Assembly (NCBI GenBank): GCA_964016885.1
Contig: OZ024742.1
Location: 345,588,001-345,652,000, forward strand
DNA length: 64,000 bases
Origin: Eledone cirrhosa
Lineage: Eukaryota
Direction: 5' to 3'
Part shown: positions 1-12,003 of the stretch, in pieces
How positions within the stretch are numbered: position 1 is the stretch's first letter
Layout: each line of letters begins with the position of its first letter
Program-made: the position numbers and the translations under genes
Notes under the pieces: model-generated
Database searches by the model: none
The model's input: the letters and a program-made list of their open reading frames with translations, nothing else
Told to the model about the DNA's origin: nothing

Positions 1-172
1 ACATATTACTTGTTACAGTATTACATATTACATATTACAGTGTTACATATTACATATTACATGTTACAGTATTACAGTATTACACATTACATATTACATA
101 TTACATATTACATATTACGTATTACGATATTACATATTACATGTTACAGTATTACATATTACATATTACATA
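1..172. repeat. 7-bp tandem repeat (ACATATT)n
   Basis: Direct reading. Confidence 0.9.
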
Positions 173-539
173 CTAGACATGCATGAAAAATGCGCAAGCT
201 CAAAAGAGCCACAGAATGTTATAATAAACCTTCAAAAGTGTGGGACTAGAGTTGTTACTCAAAAATATTGTAATCATTATCTATCGTACATTCTGTGGCA
301 TCCTTTATAAAAATATCACAATAAATACATCTATGTTTAATAATATTACGTAATTATTTATAGCTGTTATTACATTTAACATAGATGTATTTATTGTGAT
401 ATTTTTATAAAGGATGCCATAGAGTGTACGATAGATAATGATTATAATATTTTTGAGTAACAACTCTAGTCCCACACTTTTGAAGGTTTATTATAACATT
501 CTCTGGCTCTTTTGAGCTTGCGCATTTTTCATGTCTAGT
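172..539. repeat. Long inverted repeat (about 165-bp arms, short AT-rich spacer)
   Basis: catgaaaaatgcgcaagctcaaaagagcc...tacatctatgtt mirrored by aacatagatgta...ggctcttttgagcttgcgcatttttcatg, with a few mismatches. Confidence 0.9.
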
Positions 540-1126
540 TTAATATTTTTTTAAGGCAACGCTTGTAATAACTCTAGTTAAACATGATATATATTAATAA
601 TAAATTATCGTTGTAATGTAATTAGATTATATAATTGTTATTATAAATGATCTTATAAATATTAGTGTAAGATGTATAAAAATATGTTCAGACTTTTAAT
701 ATAAACAACAAAAAACAATCAATATTAAATGAATATATTATACATAATAGAAAACATAAAATAAATAAACAATATAAAAATAAAATATTTACATACAATT
801 GCAATTATCAGTCTATATAAATTTTCTTTATTCCCTGAGCAAATTAATGAGATTTGTTCTTATTGCACATAATTTGATGACTTTTTGGAGAGTATTAAAA
901 GATAATAATAATTTGTGATTAAATTATCTTAAGCAACTCTCTTTTTAATAGTTGTTGGCTGAGCGAAATTGGAAAAGCCTATGAGCAAATATTTTAAAAA
1001 ATACACAAACTACATTTTCCTGTATTCTTGCAACATTAGATAAAATAATTGAGCAATGTCGTGAGATTTTGCTCTTATTGCACATTAATAGTGTTTCTAT
1101 TTGTCGGCACAAAGCCATTACCGCAG

Positions 1127-1260
1127 TCCATTACTGGTACTTTATTTTATCGAACTGGTAAGGATGAAAGGCAAAGTTAACCTCGGCGGGATTTGAACTT
1201 AGAACGCAAAGAGCCATAACAATGCTGCAAAGCATGCTGTCTGACGCTCTACCAATACTT
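1127..1260 (-). mobile_element. tRNA-derived SINE (family A); partial second copy at 1410-1460
   Basis: B-box-like GTTCAAATCCC followed by gccgaggttaactttgcctttcatcc; homologous to 40642-40810 and 36775-36870. Confidence 0.75.
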
Positions 1261-1599
1261 GTCTTGAGCTGGTCACCAATTTGTGGTGGTCGTGCGTGGA
1301 GTAGAACAACAAGCGCTAGTCGAAATAGTATGAACAAAACATTTTTATTTGTCGAAGAACATATTTTCAATACTGTTTGTGAATGGGCATCCATTTATAG
1401 TGACAGTGTATTACTGGTACTTTATTTTATCGACCCCGTAAGGATGAAGGCAAAGTTAATACTGACAATAATGCAAATGTGTAAGAGTGAAAATTTGCGC
1501 CTTTTCAATAATTTATCGTCTGCTCACGTTGCATTAAAGGGAAATAACTCGTCTCTCAACTGTATTTATACATTTTAACTGAAACATCAATATTACACA

Positions 1600-1720
1600 T
1601 TCGATTTGAAATTTTTTTGGACCGATCTCTCCGCTGGAGTTTAATCTATAAGTTTAGATGTGTGGAGACCGTTTTAGTAGAGAGACAGACAGACAACCTC
1701 AGTTTTATATATATATATAT
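1600..1720 (-). mobile_element. 5' end fragment of a related Helitron-like element
   Basis: Reverse complement reads tatatataaaactgaggttgtctgtct, matching the 5' end at 2813. Confidence 0.5.
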
Positions 1721-2812
1721 ACATATCAAAGATTTTTAAACGCGTGACACCAATTTTTACAATGTTTTAAGAAAAATTATTTTTACAAATATTTACAAAC
1801 AAAGTGCAGTTTGTAAATATTTGTAATCGGAACTCTGCCTATACTCGATTGCAATATATAAAGAGGAACAAGATACAAATATTTCTTTATTTGGCACAAG
1901 GGCGCACAAAAATGGGACATTACAGAACATGAATATATGCTATTTTGAAGTGTTTAAACATTTTTTACAAAGAACAATTTAGAATCGTTTTGTACAAACG
2001 ATAAATTTAAAAATATTTGTACAAACTTTTACGATAGACTTTCATCTTATCTATTGACCGCCTAACCCTAACCCTAACGTCAATATATTAAATTTGTTTT
2101 AAAAATAGTTAATATAATTTTTTAAAAATCATATAACGACGAAATAACAATGAACTAGGAAAACAAACAAAAAAAACATGGCGGATGCTTTTGAGCAACA
2201 CTTACTCTGATTGGTTGAAAATTAGCCAATGGCATGTAATCACCACGGCCACGGCCATACCTTGAAAAAAAAATTGACGCTCTACACATATATGTTAGAA
2301 CACTAAAGTGACTTAAACATTCTGTTGTTAGTCACTTCGTGTCTAACAGATTACGTATTACAATATTACATATTACTAACCTCTTGGAAATTAATTACAA
2401 ACAACCATCAAATATTAAATATTAGATTTTTTTTCAACAGGCTGGTGCGTATGTGTATATATATGTATGTGTGTATGTGCATATGCATACATTTCTATGT
2501 GTGAGTATATAAATATAAACGAACAAATACAGACATACTTACAAAAATACACATTCACGGTCATACATTCACACAAATACACACACATTTATCCAAACAC
2601 ACATACATTCACACTAACACTCACATTTATACAAACACACAGATACACATACACTCACATACAGCATAGAAAATGTAACGCCAGTCGCTTTTTTTCGATA
2701 GGTTTTTCAACATCCCCTTCCTTTACTTTTACTCATACATACATTCACACAAACACACACATACATTCACGCAAACACACATTGTGTGACGGACGGAAGC
2801 CACTCAAATTTA

Positions 2813-3422
2813 TCTATATATATAAAACTGAGGAGGTGTGTGTGTGTGTGTTTGAATCCCTAAAATTCGAGAAGTACCCAACCGATTTTTTTCAAACTTT
2901 ACACGTGTATTACTTGTTTCAGGGAGTGTTATGCACTTGATCCCCTAGGGCCCGAATTAGGTGAAAAACTGCATTTTTTCAGCGTTTTAGGGTTTTTTTG
3001 AGGCGTTACGTCAGACCGATTTCCTTGAAATTGTAACTATATATTAGTCAGTCTCTTCTTCATACCGTGAGGAAAGAAAATCCAACTTTTTATGGCCTAA
3101 GGCCCGCATTAGGTTAAAAACTTATTTTTTCAGCTTTTTAGCGCTTTTTTGAGGCGTTACGTCTAGCCGATTTTCCCTAGATTTCAAGGCTTATTATGCA
3201 CATTAAAAATGCATTTTCTTGATCCCCTATGAGTCGCATTAGGTGAAAACCTGCATTTTTCCTGCTTCATCGAGGAAAATCTTAAAGATTATCCAGCCAT
3301 CAGAGTATTCGGTTTATTTTCTTTACATATCGTCCAGGCATGCAGTTTTTCCGTGATTAGGTCTGTTAGCGGCCCGCGTGCCACAATACCTTATCCCGTG
3401 CAACGTCGGGTACCACTACTAG
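2813..3422 (+). mobile_element. Non-autonomous Helitron-like element
   Basis: 5' A|TCTATATATATAAAACTGAGG; 3' hairpin CCCG-tgcaacgt-CGGG followed by CTAG|T. Three internal subrepeats start near 2939, 3094 and 3221. Confidence 0.78.
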
Positions 3423-3499
3423 TATATATATATAAATGTGACATTTTAAATGTTTTATTCATAAGTTATTTTTATTTACACACAGTAGTGACACTTCGT

Positions 3500-3880
3500 C
3501 GGTTACGACGACGAGTATTCCTGTTGATACGATTGACGGAGCAGCCTGCTCGTGAAATTAACGTGCAAGTGGCTGAGCATTCCACAAACACGCGTACCTT
3601 TAATTCAGTGTGCCACAAAATTAAAACATTTATATGGAACTTTATGGATAAACGAAAACCTAAGCTAGTTATAACGACAAAATGATAGTAGAATTAATAT
3701 GATAAGTTCCTCAAAGTATAGTGTCTTTGCTGAAGGTACAACTCATTTTTGTCAACTGAGTGGATTGGAACGACATGAAGTAAAGTGTCTTGCTCAAGGA
3801 CACAACGCACCGCCGGGAATCGAACTCCTAACCACAAAGCCACAATTGAAATATCCTAACCACAAAGCCACGCGCCTTCA
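3500..3880 (-). mobile_element. SINE family B fragments (tail 3500-3600; head/body 3750-3880)
   Basis: aagtgtcttgctcaaggacacaac...gggaatcgaact (B-box on the minus strand); tail ctgctcgtgaaattaacgtgcaagtggctgagcattccaca recurs at 4770, 26875 and 42265. Confidence 0.7.
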
Positions 3881-4011
3881 CTATCCACAAATATTACATG
3901 CAGTGCATAATAACCTACAACGCAATAAATCGAATAAATTTATAAAATGACTGAAACTGTTGAAATGAAATATTTTACTCAAATTTGAGGATAAGCAATA
4001 TTTTTCCTGAA

Positions 4012-4260
4012 GGCGAATAGTTTAGTGGTTATAGTATCAAACATACGATCATAATGGCCTGGGTTCGATTCCTCAACTGGGTTATGCGTTCTGTGCTTCA
4101 ACAAAACACTGTATTTCAGGATCCTCTAGTATACTAAGCTGAAAATGATCTGAGGATTTAACCCTGCGAAGGACTGGCGTCGTCTCCAGAGGAAGTCTTG
4201 TACACCAAGAAAACTGGGATAAGCACTGGCTTAATGAGTCTTTAGACTTGAAGGAGATTT
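4012..4260 (+). mobile_element. Degenerate tRNA-derived SINE
   Basis: tagtttagtggttatag (A-box-like) and gggttcgattcc (B-box). Confidence 0.55.
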
Positions 4261-4532
4261 TTCATGAAAATGATACTAATTTTTGTCGATATATTTCTCT
4301 CTGTCTCTCTCTCTCTCTCTCTTTCACACACACTCCCTCTCTCTCTATCCTTCATATACTCCCTCCCTCCCTCACATACTCTCTCCCCCTGACATACTCC
4401 CTCCCACTCACACATACTCTCTCTTCCTCCATTACATATTCCTTCCCTCCCTCATATACCCCCTCTCTCTAGCGCATACTCTCTCCCTCCACTTTCTTTC
4501 TTCCTCACATATTCTGCTCTCTCTGGCTCTCC

Positions 4533-4584
<52 letters not shown>

Positions 4585-4844
4585 CTCTCTCTCTCTCTCA
4601 CTATATTTCTTTCTTACCCTCTCCTTTCCCAAATACTTGTTACGTGGCTGGGAATCGAACTCCTTAACCTACTCAGCCACATGCCCAATTTCTTCGTTTG
4701 CCAATAACTCCTCCAGTAATGTTTTCTTGGCCTTCGTTGTTTTCTACGAGGAGCCAGTTGTTCGATCAACGGAACAACCAGCTCTGAAAATTAACGTAAA
4801 AGTGGCGGTCCACTCCTTGGACATGTGTGTCCTTAATATCAATA

Positions 4845-5330
4845 TCTGAGCCCACATCCAGGACCTCGTGTGTGTCCACAATATTATTCTCTGAGTCCAC
4901 ATCCAAGAGCTCGTGTGTGTCCTTCATATTATTTTCTGAGCCCACATCCAGGACCTCATCTAGGACCCCACATCTAAACCAAGGCCTCATCCAAACCTCA
5001 TCCAGGACCTCACATCTATACCAAGACCTCATCTAGGACCGCACATCTAAACCAAGACCTCATCTAGGACCCCACAACTAAACCAAGACCTCGTCCAGGA
5101 CCTCATCCAGGACCTCACATCTAAACCAAGACCTCATCTAGGACCCCCACATCTAAACTAAAACCTCGTCCAGGACATCATCCAGAGTCTCACATCTAAA
5201 CCAAGTCCTCATCTAGGACCCCACATCTAAACCAAGCCCTCGCCCAGGTCCTCGTGTATGTCCTTAATATTATTCTCTGAGCCCACATTTTTCTCAACCA
5301 AAGCCTCATTCAAGACCTCATCCACGACTT
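4845..5330. repeat. Minisatellite (cacatctaaaccaagacctcatctaggacc, about 31-43 bp variants)
   Basis: Direct reading. Confidence 0.8.
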
Positions 5331-5451
5331 CACAGCTAAACCAGTCGCCTTTGACCTTCTCAGAAAGCAATGGGTGTCCCTTAATGGGATCCACACAACA
5401 CATGCCAGGACAGACCATCATCTCCCTCGATGGCAAATGAGACACAGCCGA

Positions 5452-5669
5452 GCATGTGACTGCGGGGACCCTGACCAGAGAGTACTACATGTGACTGTGG
5501 GGACCCTGACCAGAGAGTACTACATGTTACTGTGGGGACCCTGACCAGACCGTACTACATGTTACTGAGGGATCCCTGACCAGACAGTACTACATGTTAC
5601 TGTGCGGACCCTGACTAGACAGTACTACATGAGACTGTGGGGGGTCCCTGACCAGACTGTACTACATGT
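5452..5669. repeat. About 35-bp minisatellite, 6 copies
   Basis: actgtggggaccctgaccagagagtactacatgt repeated. Confidence 0.88.
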
Positions 5670-5797
5670 TGTTCGGGATTGACACGCAGATGTTTCCCGG
5701 TGGTCTAGAGGTAATCTATAATACTACAAATGACTCCTTGGTCTGTCTCACCAATCTCGACCTGTCACTCTAGCTGCTGTGTATGTCATATGACAAG

Positions 5798-5848
<51 letters not shown>

Positions 5849-5873
5849 GCTGCTACTGCTGGTACTGCTGCTG

Positions 5874-5915
<42 letters not shown>

Positions 5916-5949
5916 TTACTATTACTACTATTACTACTATTACTACTAT

Positions 5950-5990
<41 letters not shown>

Positions 5991-6049
5991 TTACTACTAC
6001 TACTACTACCACCATCACTACTACCACTACTACTACCACCATCACTACT

Positions 6050-6123
<74 letters not shown>

Positions 6124-6147
6124 AGCCACTACTACTACTACCACCAT

Positions 6148-6213
<66 letters not shown>

Positions 6214-6215
6214 CG

Positions 6216-6294
<79 letters not shown>

Positions 6295-6334
6295 TACCAC
6301 TACTACTACTACCACTACCAGTACCACTGCTACT
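5798..6334. repeat. (ACT)n microsatellite
   Basis: Direct reading. Confidence 0.95.
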
Positions 6335-7039
6335 AAAGTGCTGCATGTTGTTTGTGATGGAACCTATATACGATTTCCCGGGAAGCTGAAAGCAATCCAT
6401 AATGCCACAAATAACGCCTTAGTCTGGTCCTACGGTCTCGACCTGTCTCTCTAGCCATTGGTCGTCATACGACACATGTCATATGACATATGACATATGT
6501 CATATGTCATACATATGTCATTCAACAAGAGGAATATCATTATCGGAGACATTCATAGAAACAAGACTGACCTTTTCAATTACATATACAGTCCGTACGA
6601 TGGGCTTACAAACAGTCTCTGTCTATGCAATTTCTCTCACAATGCATGGGTCGACTGGAGGCTATATTAACGCTGCCCAAAATGCCCGACAGTAGAATCG
6701 AAACCCCAGACCTAAGGATTTCGAAGAGAAACCGGTCGTATCCGGCCTGAATTCTCTCACCACCTTTAGTTCAGACCGGCTGTAACTAGCCACTCATACT
6801 GACGTTAATGTATTGTTCTCAAAATAAATAATATCAAAATGTCATAGATTCGATATTATGTGAGATAATTATGTAAGATAAAGACGTTACCACAAAAATA
6901 CAATAGTATATGTATGTGTGTGTGTGTGTGTGTGCGTGTGTGTGTGTGTGTGTGTGACAGCTCACACCTGTGCAGGTTTAGCTGGCCTCCTCCAAGGTAT
7001 ATCTCGTTGGAGGTGTGTTGGGTTATTTAATGATAGGGA

Positions 7040-7193
7040 CCCCAATCCTATCATCTCATTTCTACAGCTGAGTAAACTGGAGCAACGTGAAATAAAGTGT
7101 CTTGCTCAAGGAAACAACACATCACCCGGTCCGAGAACTCACAACATTTCGATTGCAAGCCCAATCCTCTAACCACTAAGCCATGCGCCTTCA
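7040..7193 (-). mobile_element. SINE family B copy
   Basis: ctgagtaaactggagcaacgtgaaataaagtgtcttgctcaaggaaacaac; near-identical to 11790-11942. Confidence 0.72.
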
Positions 7194-7915
7194 CTATTTA
7201 GTATATCTATAGTAATAGTATATATAGAATAATGTAAATGCCAAAGCGTTAACCATTCCGCCATGAAGGGCCCACTACTTCCTCGAGTGGACACTCTTAA
7301 TGATAGAATAGCCGACACGAAGTTAATTTTTCAAACAGCCATACACTGGGAAGCGATATGCTATGACAAGTTCTCTACCTCCAGCTTAGTTGCTTCGGCC
7401 ACAAACCCCGGTACCGCAGCCCGCAAATAAAGAGGACAACAAGACAATCAAATACCGGGTCTTGTCCGGCCGCTTCTTATTTGCACCAGTCACCGCCGAG
7501 ACCTCAGGCGTCCTCGGGCCCCGTACAGCCGAGGTCCTCAGCAAAATTGGAACACCATAGCCCGTCTGAGGAAGGTGCCCGCGAGGTGGGATGGCTGTTG
7601 CAGCGGACATCGTTGGCCATTGTCCACAGAAATGTCTTTTCCATGTTGTCCGTGTGGTGCAGCAGAAACACCACCCAAACGTAGACGTAGATCCTGTCAC
7701 CCTCTCCGCTTCTTCCTCTCTTTCTCCCGTTGCCCAATAGTCCTTGCTCTTTCCTTCCTTCTCTTCTCATTTATGGCATTGATAGTTCGGTTATACACTA
7801 GTAAACTGTAATGGAAGAATTTATGAATGGACAGATTCTAGCAGGTGTGTAGTGAAACAACAACAGCAGCAGCAGTAATAATAAAAGTAGCAGTAGTAGC
7901 AGTTGCTTTCTTGAA

Positions 7916-7944
7916 CTTCTCTCTCTCTCTCTCACCCTATCTCA

Positions 7945-7984
<40 letters not shown>

Positions 7985-8103
7985 CCCTCTCACCATCTCT
8001 TTCTTTCTCTCTCTCTCTCTGTCTCCCTCACTCCCTCTCACCATCTCTCTCTCCCTCCTTCTCTCTCTCTCACCCTCTCTCACCATCTCTCTCTCTCACG
8101 ATC

Positions 8104-8176
<73 letters not shown>

Positions 8177-8422
8177 TTCACTCTTTCTCTCTCTCTCTTA
8201 CACAAACACACTCTTTATCTCTCACACACGCTCTCTCCTCTCTCTCTCTCCCTCTCTCACTCTCTTTATCTCTCTCTCTCTCTGTCTCACACCATCTCTT
8301 TCTCTCACTCTTTCTCTCTCTCTTACACGAACACATTCTTTCTCCCTCACACACACTATCTCCTCTCACTCTCGCCCCCCTCTCTCTCTCCCTCTCTCTC
8401 ACTCTTTCTCTCTCCTTCTCTC
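7916..8422. repeat. (CT)n-rich tract
   Basis: Direct reading. Confidence 0.9.
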
Positions 8423-8457
8423 ACTTATGTTTAGCATATGAACGAAGTAGTTGGATC

Positions 8458-10296
8458 AATGAAGTTATGTGTGTGAATGAGTGTGTGTGTGTGTACATGA
8501 ATGAAGATATGTGTGTGAATGAGTGTGTGTGTGTGCATGAATGAAGATATGTGTGTGAATGAGTGTGTGTGTGTGTACATGAATGAAGATATGTGTGTGA
8601 ATGAGTGTGTGTGTGTGCATGAATGAAGATATGTGTGTGAATGAGTGTGTGTGTGTGCATGAATGAAGTTATGTGTGTGAATGAGTGTGTGTGTGTGTAC
8701 ATGAATGAAGATATGTGTGTGAATGAGTGTGTGTGTGTGCATGAATGAAGATATGTGTGTGAATGAGTGTGTGTGTGTGTACATGAATGAAGATATGTGT
8801 GTGAATGAGTGTGTGTGTGTACATGAATGAAGATATGTGTGTGAATGAGTGTGTGTGTGTACAGGAATGAAGATATGTGTGTGAATGAGTGTGTGTGTGT
8901 ACATGAATGAAGATATGTGTGTGAATGAGTGTGTGTGTGTACAGGAATGAAGATATGTGTGTGAATGAGTGTGTGTGTGTGCAGGAATGAAGATATGTGT
9001 GTGAATGAGTGTGTGTGTGTGCAGGAATGAAGATATGTGTGTGAATGAGTGTGTGTGTGTGCAGGAATGAAGATATGTGTGTGAATGAGTGTGTGTGTGT
9101 ACAGGAATGAAGATATGTGTGTGAATGAGTGTGTGTGTGCATGAATGAAGATATGTGTGTGAATGAGTGTGTGTGTGTACATGAATGAAGATATGTGTGT
9201 GAATGAGTGTGTGTGTGTGTGCATGAATGAAGATATGTGTGTGAATGAGTGTGTGTGTGTGTACATGAATGAAGATATGTGTGTGAATGAGTGTGTGTGT
9301 GTACATGAATGAAGAAATGTGTGTGAATGAGTGTGTGTGTGTGCAGGAATGAAGATATGTGTGTGAATGAGTGTGTGTGTGTGCAGGAATGAAGATATGT
9401 GTGTGAATGAGTGTGTGTGTGCAGGAATGAAGATATGTGTGAATGAGTGTGTGTGTGTGCAGGAATGAAGATATGTGTGAATGAGTGTGTGTGTGTGCAG
9501 GAATGAAGATATGTGTGTGAATGAGTGTGTGTATGTGCATGAATGAAGATATGTGTGTGAATGAGTGTGTGTATGTGCAGGAATGAAGATATGTGTGAAT
9601 GAGTGTGTGTGTGTGCAGGAATGAAGATATGTGTGAATGAGTGTGTGTATGTGCATGAATGAAGATATGTGTGAATGAGTGTGTGTGTGTGCAGGAATGA
9701 AGATATGTGTGAATGAGTGTGTGTGTGTACAGGAATGAAGATATGTGTGAATGAGTGTGTGTGTGCAGGAATGAAGATATGTGTGAATGAGTGTGTGTAT
9801 GTGCATGAATGAAGATATGTGTGAATGAGTGTGTGTGTGTGCAGGAATGAAGATATGTGTGTGAATGAGTGTGTGTATGTGCATGAATGAAGATATGTGT
9901 GTGAATGAGTGTGTGTGTGTGCAGGAATGAAGATATGTGTGTGAATGAGTGTGTGTGTGTGCAGGAATGAAGATATGTGTGTGAATGAGTGTGTGTGTGT
10001 ACAGGAATGAAGATATGTGTGAATGAGTGTGTGTGTGTGCAGGAATGAAGATATGTGTGTGAATGAGTGTGTGTATGTGCATGAATGAAGATATGTGTGA
10101 ATGAGTGTGTGTGTGTGCAGGAATGAAGATATGTGTGTGAATGAGTGTGTGTATGTGCATGAATGAAGATATGTGTGTGAATGAGTGTGTGTTTGTGCAT
10201 GAATGAAGATATGTGTGAATGAGTGTGTGTGTGTGCAGGAATGAAGATATGTGTGTGAATGAGTGTGTGTATGTGCATGAATGAAGATATGTGTGT
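8458..10296. repeat. About 36-42-bp minisatellite gaatgaagatat(gt)n-gaatga(gt)n-(a/g)ca(t/g)
   Basis: Direct reading; unit length varies in 2-bp steps. Confidence 0.95.
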
Positions 10297-10596
10297 CTAT
10301 GTGCGTATGAGATTGTATCTGTGTACGTATGTTTGTATATGAGATTGTGTCAGTGAGTGAAAGTGTATGTCTGTGAGTGTATCATAGAATATGTGTATGA
10401 GAAGGTGTGTGTGCATGAGTGTGTGTCTGTGTGTGCGAGTGAGAATATACAGTGTGTGTGTGTGTATGTGTGTGTGTGTGCATGAATAAAAATATGTTTG
10501 CGAGAGTGAATGTATGAATAGGATTGTGTGTATGTATGTATGTATGTATGTATGTGTGCAACAGTGTGTGTGGAATGTGTGTATGTGTGTTTGATT

Positions 10597-11455
10597 ATGT
10601 GACTGTGTCCGTGTGCGAGTGGGTGTGTGTTTGTGTTTGAGTATGTGACTGTATGTGTGTGAGTGTGTGTGTGTTGGTGTTTGAGTATGTGACTGTATGT
10701 GTGTGAGTGTGTGTGTGTTTGTGTTTGAGTATGTGACTGTATGTGTGTGCGAGTGGGTGTGTGTTTGTGTTTGAGTATGTGACTGTATGTGCGTGAGTGT
10801 GTGTGTCTTTGTGTTTGAGTATGTGACTGTATGTGTGTGAGTGAGTGTGTGTTTGTGTTTGAGTATGTGACTGTATGTGTGTGAGTGGGTGTGCGTTTGT
10901 GTTTGAGTATGTGACTGTATGTGTGTGTCTGTGTGTGTTTGTGTTTGAGTATGTGACTGTATGTGTGTGAGTGTGTGTGTGTGTGTTTCTGTTTATGTGT
11001 GTGAGGCTGTGTGTGTTTCTGTTTGAGTATGTGACTGTATGTGTGTAAGTATGTGTGTGTGTTTGTGTTTGAGTATGTGACTGTATGTGTGTAAGTATGT
11101 GTGTGTGTTTGTGTTTGGGTATGTGACTGTATGTGTGTGAGTGTGTTTGTGTTTGTGTTTGAGTATGTGACTGTATGTGTGTAAGTATGTGTGTGTGTTT
11201 GTGTTTGAGTATGTGACTGTATGTGTGTAAGTATGTGTGTGTGTTTGTGTTTGGGTATGTGACTGTATGTGTGTGAGTGTGTTTGTGTTTGTGTTTGAGT
11301 ATGTGACTGTATGTGTGTAAGTATGTGTGTGTGTTTGTGTTTGAGTATGTGACTGTATGTGTGTCAGTGTGTGTGTGTTTGTGTTTGAGTATGTGACTGT
11401 ATGTGTGTAAGTATGTGTGTGTGTTTGTGTTTGAGTATGTCACTGTATGTGTGTG
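10597..11455. repeat. About 40-bp GT-rich minisatellite (ttgtgtttgagtatgtgactgtatgtgtgt...)
   Basis: Direct reading. Confidence 0.9.
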
Positions 11456-11599
11456 TGTATGTGTGAGTGTGTGTCTACCATATGTACAGCTAAGCACATT
11501 CATATACGTTTTCACGTAGTAGCGAAAAAATCTATCAGCTATATTGATCGCATTACTATGGCTGTATACATACATGCATGTATACATATATATATATAT

Positions 11600-11600
<1 letters not shown>

Positions 11601-11631
<31 letters not shown>

Positions 11632-11778
11632 TTTACGTCCGCTTTTCCCCGCTTGCAAGGGTGGGACGGGAACTGATTTTGGCTTTATTTCTACAGCTGG
11701 ATGCCCTTCCTAACACCAACCACATTTACAGTGAGTGCTGGGTGCTTTTTTGCCGTAGCACCTCCACGACCACTTTTC
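11601..11778 (-). mobile_element. Short RTE-type 3' tail fragment with (TGA)n end
   Basis: Matches 21728-21985 (ttttacgtccg, tttctacagctggatgcccttcctaacacc, gtgcttttttgccgt) and has a (CAT)n tract on the + strand. Confidence 0.75.
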
Positions 11779-11789
11779 AGTGGAATGGA

Positions 11790-11942
11790 GTCCCTATCAT
11801 CTCATTTCTACAGCTGAGTAAACTGGAGCAATGTGAAATAAAGTGTCTTGCTCAAGGAAACAACACATCACCCGGTCTGAGAATTGTACTCACAACCTTT
11901 CGATTGCAAGGCCAATGCTCTAACCACTAAGCCATGTGCCTC
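11790..11942 (-). mobile_element. SINE family B copy
   Basis: Same body as 7040-7193. Confidence 0.72.
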
Positions 11943-11967
11943 CATCTAAGCCATGTCCCTCCATATT

Positions 11968-12001
<34 letters not shown>

Positions 12002-12003
<2 letters not shown>

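Noticed and set aside
2061-2078. Telomere-like (CCCTAA)n
   Set aside because: Only about three units; too short to call an interstitial telomere.
5730-6454. Poly-Thr/Leu/Ser/Val ORFs (mucin-like appearance)
   Set aside because: Open in several frames on both strands because they are an (ACT)n microsatellite; no splice or domain support.
8421-10278. 579-615 aa His/Thr-rich ORFs
   Set aside because: Translation of a stop-free minisatellite.
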